Part shown: positions 40,401 to 53,187 of the stretch, one piece after another
How the letters are laid out: the number at the start of each line of letters is the position of its first letter
Numbering within the stretch: the stretch's first letter is position 1
Source of the DNA: Diploschistes diacapsis
Lineage: Eukaryota
Direction: 5' to 3'
NCBI GenBank assembly: GCA_023645945.1
Contig: JALAIB010000007.1
Span: forward strand, 1-54,911
Length of the DNA: 54,911 nt
Notes under the pieces: generated by a model
The model's input: only the letters and a program-made list of their open reading frames with translations
The model's database searches: none
What the model was told of the DNA's origin: nothing
Position numbers and translations under genes: made by a program

Positions 40401-41554
40401 GTCGATACTGTTTGCTTGATAGCTGCTAAGCTGTCTCCTACCAAAAGCCCCTAGAAGCCACAAAGTCCATGGTCCAGCTGTTACGCCAGTATCCCAGATA
40501 TATGACTGAGTCATGATCGCTACCCGCCATATGGCCGCTGCATTCGCGCTGCATTCGCGCTGGAATCTCGAAGCAAGACTTGTACGTGGTTTGTCCATCA
40601 GCGCTTGAGACTGGCCATATCTTTTTTGCTGGGCGATAAGGGGAGAGCGTCAGCTGTTTGGACGATGGGAGACCAAGCTGATTTGGAGCTCTCCTATGTT
40701 TCCCTTTGGTATGAGCTATTGCACCACGCATGCATCACGAAGTATAGATCATGTTACAATATGGGCTAATTTTTCAGTGACCATTGCCACGGCGCTAACC
40801 AGCACCAACGTGCTGCATGTACATTAAGGATGATTGATATGAATACGGAAGCAACTGCTCAAGTACCGCGACAGTCTTATGTGTAGCTGCAGTCCACAAC
40901 TTTGAAGGCATAGCTTCCATGAGATGATACTTTGTTCCTTCTGTAGTAGTTTATCTGCAGAAAATAGTTGCTGGGTACCATGCGTGCAAGCGTATACCCC
41001 CCGCAACTACTACATTCTGCAACCTCCCTCCCACATCTTCAAAAAAAAAGCACCTGGCAACTTCCAATGCAATCACACACTAGTACTTGCCCAATTCGGT
41101 GGTTGCAGGATTGATGTGCAATGGGCAATAACCTCTGGAGCGGAAGCATTCTTGACTTTGAGGTAATCAGCAATCAAGAAATAGCTCGAGTATATGCTGA
41201 CCCTGCGCGGTACGGGACTATTCAGAGTAAAATTGTTCGTGAACGATACTGTTTTCCCTTCTAGCCGTGACCTTCAGCTCTCACGTTTATTTCATTTTTC
41301 TGTGAGTCAATGGCAAGGCGTACTGCAATGCTTGACCTCAATGACTGTACTGATTTCCGCTGTATACTCCACTTTGTCGACCAGCTCTTACTGACGTCCT
41401 TGACATCTAGTGACATGCTCTTTTGTGTACTACTCTCATAAGTTTGGACACGACTTTGGCTCAGCTTTACATCTCTTCCTTCCAATCTTCGATACACCCC
41501 AGCTTCAAGCCAGCTTTATGGTCTCCGCCTCTCTAGTTTCAAACAAATTGCACA

Positions 41555-42639
41555 ATGACTGAAGCAAGTCACAACAAACCGCCAGTACCAGACGAAGAGG
41601 ACTTGGCCGAGCAGAGGAGGCGAGCTAATGACTTTGGTCAAGATTACACCGTAAGTTGAAGGGGGTAGACATGTCTTCATCACTTAATTGCTTTGCCCTA
41701 GGGACCCTTGGTAAGTGAGAAGCTTTCGACGGAATTGATCCGGGATGAGTACGCTCGGAGTGACCCGGCTTTCATCACGAAGACCGAGGTGAGACACGAT
41801 CGTGAGATGCAGGCAGCTGCTAAGGTAGTAGAATCTACCAGAGCAATACGATGCATGGCGAAAGTTGAGAGGCGATGGTAGCTGTGGTCTTCGGGGTATG
41901 GATCCTGATTCGGTAACGTACAGCTAGCTTATTTTCAGCAGCGCTTGGGTTTGGTTATTTCGAAGTCTTAGCAAGTTCACATGATCCTAAAGTGTGGGCA
42001 CGTGAGAAAGCTCGTATGGCACAAATAAATGGACTATTGCACCGAAGTGGTTACGACGAGAGCATATGGGAGGATTGGGTGGAAGAAACCGATATGCTGT
42101 TTGATGAACTTGTGAAAGCAGATACGAAGGATGCGGCACTTAGCGTCTTGGAAGATGCCTTTAACGATACAGTCCGCTCAATTACCATTCTGACGCACCT
42201 TAGGGTAAGAGCTGCCTTTCGTCGATGGACTTGATCAACTGATATGGCATTTTTAAGTTCCTCATCTGCTTTTGGCTCAAGGAAGAAGGCCATCGCTATG
42301 CCGGTTATCTGCCGGATATGTCCATTGAGGAATATCGGAAATCCTTTGAGCCTACTCACTCTGAGATGGACGAAGTCAGTCTTAGAGCCGGGTACGACAT
42401 GCTCCTAGACGGGAGTGGAATCGCACTAGAGGTTGCGTATTTAGATCGTAGTTCAGGCGAAAAAGTCACAACTCATGCATACACATCGGCAGACCAGGCT
42501 TCGAAACATATTGGAACAATGCATTTCCTGTATCGACCGTAAGTATTCTTTGACCTAACTTGCTTATGGAAGTGTACTGATTGTCTCCAGTGGACATTTT
42601 GATCTTCTCTACCCCAAAAGAGAAACCACTAAGCAATGA
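41555..42639 (+). CDS. Otubain-like deubiquitinase (peptidase C65), multi-exon
   Basis: Spliced reading gives GPLVSEK...EYARSDPAFITK, WRKLRGDGSCGLR (catalytic Cys), LEVAYLDRS and FLYRP|GHFDLLY (catalytic His). Confidence 0.82.
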
Positions 42640-43179
42640 AGCCTTGGTGATTTATGGCCTTCCGAATATAATGCGGCCTGGTAAAGGTCGAGCGTAGCCA
42701 GAAGCGGCGATGCTCCTGTATGGGAATGTGTTTGCAATGGAGATAGATCATGCGGGGAGTTTTGCTCACCAAAATCACCGCAGGGTATAGGACTCGATGG
42801 AAATGAACTCAAATTCGGGAGGTTGAATCTTGCGCAGCATGAATCGTTGTCCGAGTGACTCGGGCTCACTGGACTACCCCATGCTTGCTAAAAACGAGAG
42901 AGAGCTGAGGATTCAAATCAATTTGCGATGCAGCATGAGAAACATCATCAGATAGATATATTTCAATGGCGCTGAGACTCGAAATTGCAAAGTTTCCGAG
43001 CAGAACATATCGTTGGGTCTTAATGGGAGTGGGCCTCTTGGTTGTTACTATGAGTAGTAATGGAAAATATCTCTCGTCAGTTGTCAAACTCTAACATGGT
43101 ATTCTGTACAAGTGGTTGATTGGCCGAGTGCCATCCATCCGTGCTTTATGCTGCTCCCTAGTCCTTCACAGTGCCCCAT

Positions 43180-43675
43180 TCAGTGTTTGGCTGGCCCAGC
43201 AGCTGCTGGCGCCCTAGGATTCCGTGGGTCATTCTTATAATCATCGCCTGTTGCAAGCATTAGTCTAAGATCTGCTTCAGTCCATTCAAGAGCATACTAT
43301 TTGCCAACACGTTCGCGAACGAATTGACGCCGTAAAGGATGACAACGCCTGGAACGTAGAATGAACGGTCAGCTTGACATCAATAAACAAGGGTATGATG
43401 AGATGAAAGGTTTTGAATGTAGCATTAGAACAGCGTTTGGATCGGTCTTATTCGTAGTGCCACCATGTGTCTTCAACCTGCTCAATGTTGAACGTACCTG
43501 CCGCAAAGAAGGGCCACATGGGTCGAGCTATATTGTGGTGTCAGCAAAAGCACTTGGTCCGGGTGGATGAAGATGCTCAAGCTCGGACAGCAAGCTAAAG
43601 CATCACTATCCGAAGGCGAGATAGATGTAAAAACGTACCGACTGGCGCTGGCCACTTCCTTCCGAGTAATGACAT
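43180..43675 (-). CDS. ATP18: Mitochondrial ATP synthase subunit i/j, 4 small exons
   Basis: Spliced product MSLLGRKWPAPV|ARPMWPFFAA|GVVILYGVNSFANVLAN|SDDYKNDPRNPRAPAAAGPAKH*. Confidence 0.9.
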
Positions 43676-44032
43676 TATTGAGACCTGTATGATTTTTCCG
43701 TATGTTTCGTGTCCAAGGTACAGAGCTTTGCGTGAGTGGCTTTCACTATGGGCTGCTGGGGCAATTGGCGGAGGGTCTTTGAAATGTATATACTCCAAGT
43801 AGCTGTGAGGTCGTCAACTTGAAGCTTCGACGTCGGACATCGCGCTAGTCTGATCCCGATCTTTCAAAGCTTGGCACTCGGCTAAGTATGTCTCATATTT
43901 ACTTTTGAGTTTCACCCCCAGGAAAGGCCCCGCACACACGTCTGAACTCATCCCATATCTTGGGTGGGAATGAAATATATTATGAAAGCTTGAACTCTTC
44001 GCAAGCGATACACAAGCTATCCCAATGTAACC

Positions 44033-44628
44033 ATGTCCTCTTCATCTAATGCAGCTTTATCGGGCTGTGTTACATCTCTCCAGTCAAGCCTGAACCTCCT
44101 CAACACGAGCATCTCAATCCTCGATAGTGGGGTGAATGATTTCCCACGATTAGCGAAGGTTTTGCAGACTACGAGAGTAGGTTCCACGCCGCCGCGATAT
44201 GGGACGATTGCTGATTGCGCTCATCACAGCACTTTGAGCTTCTTCCGGAATCGACACTAGTTTCAGCCCAAGCTTCGCTCCTTTCCTCTCTTACTCCGGA
44301 ACTACATTCGCTCCTTTCCCGTGTCGAAACATATCTCGACCGTCTCTCACGACGTGAACAAGCACTCATAGCCAAGGCTGAGCTGCAGGAAGGCCGTCTA
44401 TCCTCGTCAACCGAAGTCAAGAGAGGCTTTTCAACGAGGTCGCGACCACCAAGCCAGGCGGCTCAAGATGGCGAGGATAACGGAGAGGTTGGGGAAAGGG
44501 AGATGCTGAGGATGAAAATGGTCAAGCAAAAGAAAGAACGACTGCATTTTGCAGTCGAAAGACTGAACCTACAAGCAAAGCAGAGAGAGCGGCAATTAAG
44601 AATGAGTGTGGCCGGTCCGAGAGACTAG
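44033..44628 (+). CDS. SPC19: DASH/Dam1 complex subunit Spc19; intron 44177-44229
   Basis: LSGCVTSLQSS...LDSGVNDFPRLAKVLQTTR|HFELLPE, RREQALIAKAELQEGRL and KKERLHFAVERL. Confidence 0.9.
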
Positions 44629-44798
44629 AGTTTTGAAAGCCATATTACGCACTTGGCAACAAGCCACACAGATCCCAGATTGCACTCACGCATCAAAGGC
44701 AACAAAGCAGTACATCGGTCCCTCTCATCAATTCTGCGTTGATATAAACGTATGAGATAAAGCTGTATTGCAGCATTCAGCGTCTAGGCAACCCTACA

Positions 44799-46000
44799 TC
44801 ACTCTTCTTCACCTTCATCAATGCCCATTACAGTCCCTAAGGCCTTTCTGGCAACTCTCACACCGTGTTCGAGTGCGCTGAGCTTCGCCATGACTGCCAT
44901 TAAACTCGGATCTTGGCTCTCAACGCGTGCTTTTTCTCGGACTCTCACATCTTGTCCTCTAAAATGAAAAGTCCGGTCGCTCTCATCATGGTCCGGCAAG
45001 CGTGCAGCAAGGCCAAGCCGCTGACGCAGTGAGAGCCCCGAGAGCGCATCTGAAGTAAACGAAGTTGGAGTGTTGGGATTAATGACGTGAAGCGTGCGGA
45101 ACTGGGCAATAATTGAAGCATCAGAAATGGTAAGATTCACAGCAAGATTCGGGGGAAGTGGTGGATCAAATGCCTTAACGTAACCAATTAGCTAAAGATC
45201 TTTTGGGGCGCGAGAAGAGCAAACAGCAATACCGCCGTCCCCTGGTTCCTGCATCGCTACCATACCTGCTCATCAATCGGGATTTCCCACCAATGCCCCA
45301 CAATCTCTTCGCCTCCTCTCAAGGCTTGCTTGGCCTCCCGAACAAGGTCAAGGAGGAGTCGCAATTGGCCGGATATGAACTGGGCATTGTGAGGATCACC
45401 AGTCCACCTGCTAGTGTCAACGACGTCTAAGGCCTGTGCGATCAGGTTTCTAGTGTTCGAAAGTTGTGGAATTGTCAGCCATGGTGCCGTGGCCAGTCCA
45501 GAGAGACGAAGTGGATAACCTTGTTGGCGAGGAGGTGGAGGCAGAGAGGGAAATCGTAGTTGAACATCCTAATATATCAGTCGAGGAACAGAGACTTGGA
45601 ACAAAACATCTTGATGATGATAACCTAGCGATGCGGCAGTGCTAGGAAAGCAGATTGAATACTAAGGCAATATCACATGCATTGGAAGGCTTCAGACCTA
45701 CAGCTTTGACAATTCTGGTCCCAATCCGCGTAATAAATCCTTTGACACTTTCTGATCTCATGGACGAAACCACGAGTGTGGAACCAGGCTCGACTGGGGC
45801 GAGAAGCTCGCTACATTCTTCAAGACCGTTCTTTAAGGATGCAAATGTTTCTTGCAGGGAGTTTAAAAGCCATTCCAGCTCTCTTGCCTTGCGAAATTAA
45901 GCCCAGGCTTCTCTAGAATGAGCAAGACTCTCACCAGGGTCTCCTCTTCAGCTTTCTCCAGTTCTGCTGAGGGTAACAGCGGCCAGATTATATTGGACAT
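44799..46000 (-). CDS. RAV2: RAVE complex subunit 2 / Rogdi-like protein, multi-exon
   Basis: MSNIIWP...EEETL|ARELEWLLNSLQETFASLKNGLEEC..LLAPVEPGSTLV and a C-terminal VREKARVESQDPSLMAVMAKLSALEH. Confidence 0.8.
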
Positions 46001-46499
46001 TTGAACGAGAACGATAGTTGAGCTCCCAAGCCTTATCAGTAATAGTTACCAGGAACCGTCCCAGTATGAGTCCATTATAACCTGCTTCGAATTGAGGAAA
46101 ACACGGTCAACCAAGTATAATAATTGGGGATGTGCTTTTGCCTTTAGTGCAACCACTGTACTTACTATTAACCATCCCTTATGCTCAATACTAACTACAT
46201 CAAATGATAAAGGACCTTCATACATATTTCTATATTGAGGCGCAGGTACGAAGAACGAAAAGAGTAGAATACCTACTATGGACACCCAGTTGTAGCTCGA
46301 ACGGCTAACTCGGGCCGATGTTACTTGCAGAGCCGATTAAATCGGGACGTTAAACATCATGAGATTTTTTTGTGACCTTTATCCTCGTAGACCTTGCAAA
46401 ATCAGTACAGCGTTACCAGTACCCACTCGGGAACGATGCTGCTCCTGAGAGGTATGCTCGCTGACAGAAAAACGTGATCACAGTCCTTCTTGTTGGGCC

Positions 46500-47854
46500 A
46501 TGTCCTTGGCCTCTCGACTGGTCAACACTCTCTTCCAAAGCCAGTCAAATAATCTTGTAACAACGGAAGGAAATTCAACGAACTTAACACTTTGCGATGG
46601 CGGACTTGATGGAAAGGCGAAAATCACGCCACCAAACACAATACCACACAAGGAGTTGCCATCTATGGAGGAGAAAGAGATGGAGGAACGACCTCCATAC
46701 TTACATGTAAGGTAGAATGGGCTTGTTTCGCATAACTATGACTAACAGAGACGAAGGCAATGCTTGCTGGCGGTATAGGAGGAACATCGGGCGATATGCT
46801 CATGCATTCTCTGGACACCGTAAAGACCCGTCAACAGGGCGATCCTCATATGCCTCCCAAATACACGACTATGTCCTCGACCTACTCCACGATCTTTCGC
46901 CAGGAAGGCTTTGCTCGAGGCCTGTACAGTGGAGTTACGCCAGCCCTGTTAGGGTCTTTCCCCGGCACTGTGATCTTTTTTGGAACCTATGAATGGAGTA
47001 AGCGGTACATGATCGATCGTGGCGTTGCTCCTTCATTATCATACCTCACTGCTGGTTTTCTTGCCGACTTGGCAGCATCGGTCGTATATGTGCCTTCGGA
47101 GGTCCTCAAAACCCGCTTGCAATTACAAGGGAGATATAACAACCCTTTCTTCAACTCCGGATACAACTATCGGTCATCGTGGGATGCGGCGCGCACCATC
47201 GTTCGCACGGAGGGACTATTCGCCCTGTTTCATGGCTACAAAGCGACCCTCTGGCGTGATCTTCCTTTTTCAGCTTTCCAATTTGCATTCTACGAGAAGG
47301 AGCGGCATTGGGTTATGCGCTGGGTTGGTAGCAAAGATATTGGTCTGGGTCTCGAAATCCTTACCGCAGTGACGGCAGGTGGGATGGCAGGAACCCTTAC
47401 GTGCCCACTAGATGTTGTCAAGACGCGCATTCAGACTCAACACAACCCTTCAACTGACCCGGTGATGGCGAAACGCACCACAAAGGGTTCACTGCAGCCT
47501 TCTGTTGGAGGTCCTTCTGCGCCTACATCCCATGCAGCACAGACCCATGGCACTGTCCAAAGTGCTTCGCATAGGAGTCAGCCTAGCCGGATGCATCGCC
47601 ACATTTCAACATCCTCCCCAAATACAGCCGTGGCAAGAGCGGGCTCGGTAACGCTGGACACTAGTTCCGTGGTGACTGGGCTCCGTCTGATATACAAGAC
47701 CGAGGGGATTGCGGGCTGGTTTCGCGGCGTTGGTCCACGAGCGGTGTGGACGAGCGTGCAGACAGGGACAATGCTGGTCTGCTATCAAGCATTGTTGAGG
47801 AAATTCGAGCAATGGCAGTTCGGCGACGGCGTTCGGGACGAGGGTGTCCCATAA
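46500..47854 (+). CDS. Mitochondrial carrier (SLC25), MME1/YMR166C-like; intron 46707-46756
   Basis: Three carrier repeats: HSLDTVKTRQQ, VPSEVLKTRLQLQGRYNNP and CPLDVVKTRIQ. Confidence 0.9.
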
Positions 47855-48229
47855 TAGGTCGCTTGGGGCAATCATTTTGATGCGTTTCCACGACACTAGC
47901 GAATCCACTCGACCTTTTACTTTGTACATATAACCTTGATTGTTGCATGGCCTGTGCGGGATGGCACGTTTCATGAGATCAGGAAAGGAATTTAGAATTC
48001 CGGCATTGTGCAACACCCCTCCTATTCCGAAATAGCGATCTGCAAAGCTTTTGCATTTAAGATTGTTGGCATTAGGGATTTGACATTACTTTATGATGGG
48101 CATGCGTGAATTATGTACAACAGCATATGGACGTTCCAAAGAGACAACACACAACTACAATTTCCTACCTAGCCCTGGATGCGAGAGTTGCGGTGCTTAT
48201 TAGGGGTATTTGTACCTTGGATAGCTGGC

Positions 48230-49173
48230 CTATGCCCTGCGGAAGCTGAGAAACCCGTTAGTAGCGTCATCAAATATAGAAAGCAAAGGCCGACCTTGAC
48301 GCATCGTTGTCGATGAAGCTGCCTCTGGATCTTGTGCTTTTCTTCCTTCCATAGCTCGAGTGGCTATCCCTCTTAGACATTCCGCCTCCGACGCAGGAGG
48401 AAACGGCTGCGAGCAGCAAACATGCCATAGCGCCCCACATGAAGCCAAAGGCCGCGCGTCCGAGGCTGGCGGTCATGTTGTTGCTGTTGAAGATGTTGCG
48501 ACCTTGCACATAGGCAGCACTAACGCAGGTTAGTAGGTGTTCAGGAGGTAGTCCTTCACAAGCTTACGTCATCAATGCGGCGGCAACAGTCTGGAAGAGG
48601 AGGGCTACCAGACACATGACTGCCGACAGATAGCTACCAATGCGGGAGCAAAGGGCAAGAAGGCTAAGGAAGAACGAGCAGACGGCGAAGAACAGGGTGA
48701 TCAGGACAAAGGCGAACATGAACCGCGTCTCTAAGTAGAACATGTTCGTCCTAGAAGTACGATTAGCTCTGAGTTGTATTATTGGGGCATATCAGACCCA
48801 CCCTTGGAAGCCCTGAGGCACATTCTGTGTGCTTCCACCAAAATTGCTTTGCGGATCAAAGGGGAAAGCTGGGGAAATCTTCCCGCAGTTGGCATCGAGA
48901 CTGTTCGCACCGCTTCCGCACACGTTCCACAACGTCCATTGTGATAAAGCTGGTGCGCCTTTGATGGACGACGTATCGGCTTGAAGAAAGTACACCTGAT
49001 TGACTGGATTGCCGTTTATCGCGCCTGCTAATAGGACGAAAAATATGAGGACAATGGAGCCGGCGACGAGTATGAGAGACAGGAAGGCAAATATCGACCC
49101 TATGATGCAAACATGTATTAGAGCTACGGCTGCGCAGGACGTTCTTGCGTGTTTCAAACATACGAGCAGCCAT
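48230..49173 (-). CDS. SUR7/PalI family membrane protein, multi-exon
   Basis: MAA-R|SIFAFLSLIL..., YFLQADTSSIKGAP, WTLWNVC..C...PAFPFDP, RFMFAF and GRAAFGFMWGA. A final intron (GTCGGC...CTAAC...CAG) gives the terminus SFRRA*. Confidence 0.85.
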
Positions 49174-49645
49174 TTCCAATAAACTGGATTATAACGGAAT
49201 ATGTACACCCCCTGTCGCACGTCTTGCCCTCTTGAACTCGGTTTGCGCAATGAAGCTGGAGCGCAACTTGAAATCTAGATTAAGGACGTAACCGAATAGA
49301 TTCAGCTCTGTGAAAATCGATGTGGTGGTGGTTCAGCGAAGGAGAGAGTGGAGGTGAAAGGAAGTAGCTTTCGCAGTTGTAGAGCACATGCAAGGATGAC
49401 GTCTTGGTGGTGCAAGTTTGCTCTCCTGCTTTTTGGGTTTTTGGGCTTTTGGTGTTGCTGACTCCGGTCCATCAACACAACGTCATGTTTTCCCTTGTTT
49501 CTCGTCAGCATCAACCCAAGTACAAGGAGAGGGAGATATACTTGAACTTCCATGTGTATCATCGCAGTGGGATTTTTCACCTCTGAAAGATATACCCTGA
49601 TTATCCTGTCCTGCACACTCAAGAAGTTAGACAAGAGCCTTCGAC

Positions 49646-50945
49646 ATGGCCATCACAGGCAAAGCCTCGAATGAGCCCTTTCTGAAACAGTTGAATAACA
49701 AGAAGACACCACATGTCATAATTACAGCTGAAGAGAGTGATTTCGACGAGAGCATCCTCAAAGGCTTCAGAAGTGAAGGGTTCAACGTACAATATGTGGC
49801 CATGGGGAACGACAACAGCACCAAATACTCAGAAAGGTTACATGCCGTTGCTAATGGTATGACCGGAGTAAACGAATACTACGCCATCGTAGGTACATTT
49901 TCCGCCCGGGACACTTAAATAGCTGATGTTCCATGTTCGTGCTAACGCACATCAGCATATGGGGATGCTGCGAGCGTTATCCTCGAATCTCATGTCAAAC
50001 CCACGCCCAGACTTATTGCATTGATTGCTTACTATCCATCTGCAATTCCAGATCCTGGGAGAACATCATATCCAATGGAAATGACGGTTCTTATGCACTT
50101 GGCCGGGGGGGTGGTAGGTGTGCGGAGAAATCAAGAGCTTCTGGGTGTTCAAGGTAAACTCAAGACTGTGCGCAAGCGATTAGCTCGAGGTCTTGGCGTG
50201 GGCGGCGAGATGAAGCTCGGTTGTGCGAGCTACAAGTATGAAGGGGTCGAGCCCGGCTTTGCAGAACAGGACCTCGAGGACTTCGATTCGATAGCTGAAG
50301 ACCTAGCTTGGGGCCGGACCCTGCAAGTGCTTAGACAGGCTTTTGGGATGAAGGTAGATGTGGAGAAGATTCGGGATCAGCACATGGAAGGTGAGTGACC
50401 CCATTCCTTGTGGAAGCACTGCCGACTTGGGGGTGTTTACTTAGATGTGCGCGCAAACCTTTCAAAGGCACTCAATGCAACGAGTGCGAAGGCAAGGGTC
50501 CTCTGTGTCCCGACCCTGATTGGCTCTAGCACGCCAGAGGATTTGCATCGGTTTTATATAAAGTTTTTCAGGCCCAATCCAGCTGATCTCAATTCCCTGC
50601 TCATATCACGGACTGTTGGCGTTGACCGTGTAGTCGATGAGATCAAGCTTTCTTTTGAGCACAACCGGGAGATTCCGTGGCTGTTGCCAGGAATCCCACC
50701 GACCAACAAGCAGGTGGAAGTTGCAATCGTGAGCATTGTCTGTATCAAGGGCGGGCTGCTCTCACACGAGCATGTATATTGGGACCAAGCATCGGTTCTC
50801 GCCCAGATTGGTCTATTAAATCCAAACAATGTACCACAAGAACTTTCAGGAACAGGGTGTGAAGCGGCTTCCGATCAATGGTGTCGAAAGCTCAAGGAGT
50901 ATACAAGACGACAATCCTTCTTTGAACAGTCTCCTCCAGGTTTAA
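49646..50945 (+). CDS. Dienelactone-hydrolase-like protein with C-terminal NTF2/SnoaL-like domain; apparent 1-nt frameshift near 50845
   Basis: IAYYP, YKYEGVEPGFAE, LAWGRTL, LISRTVGVDRVVDE, EIPWLLPGIPPTNKQVEV and HEHVYWDQASVLAQIGLL. The family-like tail GVKRLPING is in a shifted frame. Confidence 0.82.
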
Positions 50946-51552
50946 AGGGTGAGGGAGAGTAAAGGTACAAGTGATTTTGACCTTAGAGCAAGTGAATTTC
51001 AGTGGGCCACAGTACAAAAACACTAATCTAAGGGCAATATCGAAACAAAACATGATCTACTGGAAATCTTACGCTGGTTGAATCTTTCCCAAATAAGTCT
51101 TCCATGTGAGGTATGATGAAAGACTGCAAGGTCCAAGATGTACGTGATGAGCAAGGTGCGTAACAAGGTTCTGGAAGTGCTCTGCTGTCTTCACTCCTTG
51201 GAGCATTGAGAATATGCCCTCCAGCAGGGTGATCATTATGCTTTTTCCAATATCATCCTTAATTGTCCACGGAGTCGACATGAGCCACCAAGATACCAGC
51301 GCACCGATTTCATTGCAGCCGCTCATGACCCCGGAGCTCCTCAACTCATCGCCGCACCCATTAAATTAGGTATCAAACTTTCTATATTGGGCTGATGTGG
51401 TTCGGAAGGTTCACAAGTATTGGCTAGTCGAGTTTTGCACTCAGCCGTTCACTTTTGTTATTTTCATGATCTTTCTTGGATTACAGTTCAGTTTCATGAG
51501 TTTCCTCGGATCTGTTGCTGATTCCTCCTCAGCCATCCTAAAAAAACTCACC

Positions 51553-51840
51553 TCCCTGTCCCCCGGCACAATCAGTCTCTTCACCTCGTAACTCTCCAAC
51601 CCAATCTCCCTCCGAACAGCCTGATATCCCAGTGCCTCGGGCTGGACCACGTTATCCACCACCACGTATCCCTTCCGCAGCAGCCTCAGTTCCCGCCACG
51701 CCAGCCGGAAATCCGCCTTGTACCGCGCCTCGTCGTGGTTAAGGAATAGCATGTCGATGCCGCTCCGCGCGATTGTGCCCTGGTCGAGGAACCGTCGCAG
51801 GACGGCGGCGCCGGTGCCGAGCTCGATAGAGACGAAGAAT
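51553..51840 (-). pseudogene. Catechol O-methyltransferase-like fragment (C-terminal half only)
   Basis: IDMLFLNH..RYKADF, LLRKG.VVVDNVVQP and LIVPGD resemble the fungal COMT motifs DMLFLDH / VADNV..PG. I see no N-terminal SAM-binding ELG.Y.GYS motif upstream. Confidence 0.55.
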
Positions 51841-52832
51841 GGATAGCCCTGAGCTTGCTGGGGATCGATTGAAGTACGCTCGAACATTTGTTACCAACAA
51901 TACACTGCATAGAAATATACTGTATGGGGAGCTTGCAAGAGTGCTCTAGTGAACCCTGGTTTGCAAAACCTAGCCACGGAACTTTCTTAGATGCCTAGCG
52001 TAGGGTTTTTCCAGCCAGAGCGAGGTGTTGAGATTGACCTACGATGTCTACCAGCGTGCTGCTGCAACCTCTCTCTGGTTTCACTAAACTCCGTCATTAT
52101 GAAGTCCAACTTCCTCTGAAACAACAGCGTTCTTGAGCACCTTAGGACCGAAGGTTGCCGCTGTGTGGGTGGAATCACTCGGAATCTCTCTACACGCAAC
52201 GCACTCGCCCCAACATGCCTCGAAGATACTCCTATAGGTACATCTCCGTGTTCACCTTTGCCAGTAGCTATGCGGCCAGATCCTTAAGTACTGTATTTAT
52301 CTCCTATGATTGTCAGTCCTGTGGCAACTCCAACTACACCCGAGAGCCACTACCGGGGAGAGACGAGGAAGAGAACGAGCTCCTGAGTCGACGCCTCGCT
52401 CAAGCTCCCTGGCTGCTGTATGCTGAAGTCATTGTGGAATGACCTTCGAGAAAACGGAAGCGCGCTGTCGGGCGTCCGTCCCAAAAGTCTTTCCTCTTTA
52501 AATTTAAGGTTCTGCTTGCGATCATTCGGGCATCTGGACTCGAAGTCGGATGCCTCTCGAACATTGTCTTTGCCCTCTCGCTCGCAGTCCCGCAGGCTGC
52601 TAAGCTCTCTGCGCTTAGCGGCTGTGGCATGCTATCTCGCTGAGCTCCAGAGCGCTCTCGCGGATTCGTCGTTATTATACACCGTCACTTTCTACAAGGG
52701 AACCGTATACAGGCCGGGAGGTGGGGACACGGTTACGCAGAGACAATGGGGCGAGGTCTGCGAGAACCTGTCCAACAAATTATCATACAATTAACTCCCT
52801 AAGATGAATTTGCGGTTTCATTCCACAGTGAT

Positions 52833-52853
52833 ATCATCATCATCATCATCATC
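52833..52853. repeat. (TCA)7 microsatellite
   Basis: tcatcatcatcatcatcatca; it reads as a His/Asp run (HHDDDDDD) in one minus-strand frame. Confidence 0.85.
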
Positions 52854-53187
52854 ATGATGGCCATCCTCGTATCCACGTCCATGCTGGTAGCGGTTGTGTA
52901 GCCGCCCACACACGTCGGAGGCGCTCTTGGTTCCATATAGGCCAGACATCTTGAGAGGCATGCAATCTGCACCGCTCATAACTCCCGAATCCGTTACGAC
53001 AGGGAGAACATCAAGGCAAGTCCATCAACTTTGTGGATTCGTTCCCCGAGACCGACGTGAGCCCCCTTCTCGTCAGCTGTCGCTTCTTCATGATTTGTAT
53101 ATTTCCCATTACCCTAGCTTGAAAATTCTGTCCTCGTCAAACTCTCCCATTTTGGTTTTGATGTTTCTTTCGTCCTCGCCATTTCCC

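Noticed and set aside
40539..40561. Tandem duplication of TGCATTCGCGC
   Set aside because: Only two copies, downstream of CSN2; ordinary slippage.
46046..46285. 79-aa minus ORF in the AT-rich RAV2/carrier intergenic region
   Set aside because: GTG start, no motifs and AT-rich promoter context. Not supportable as a gene.
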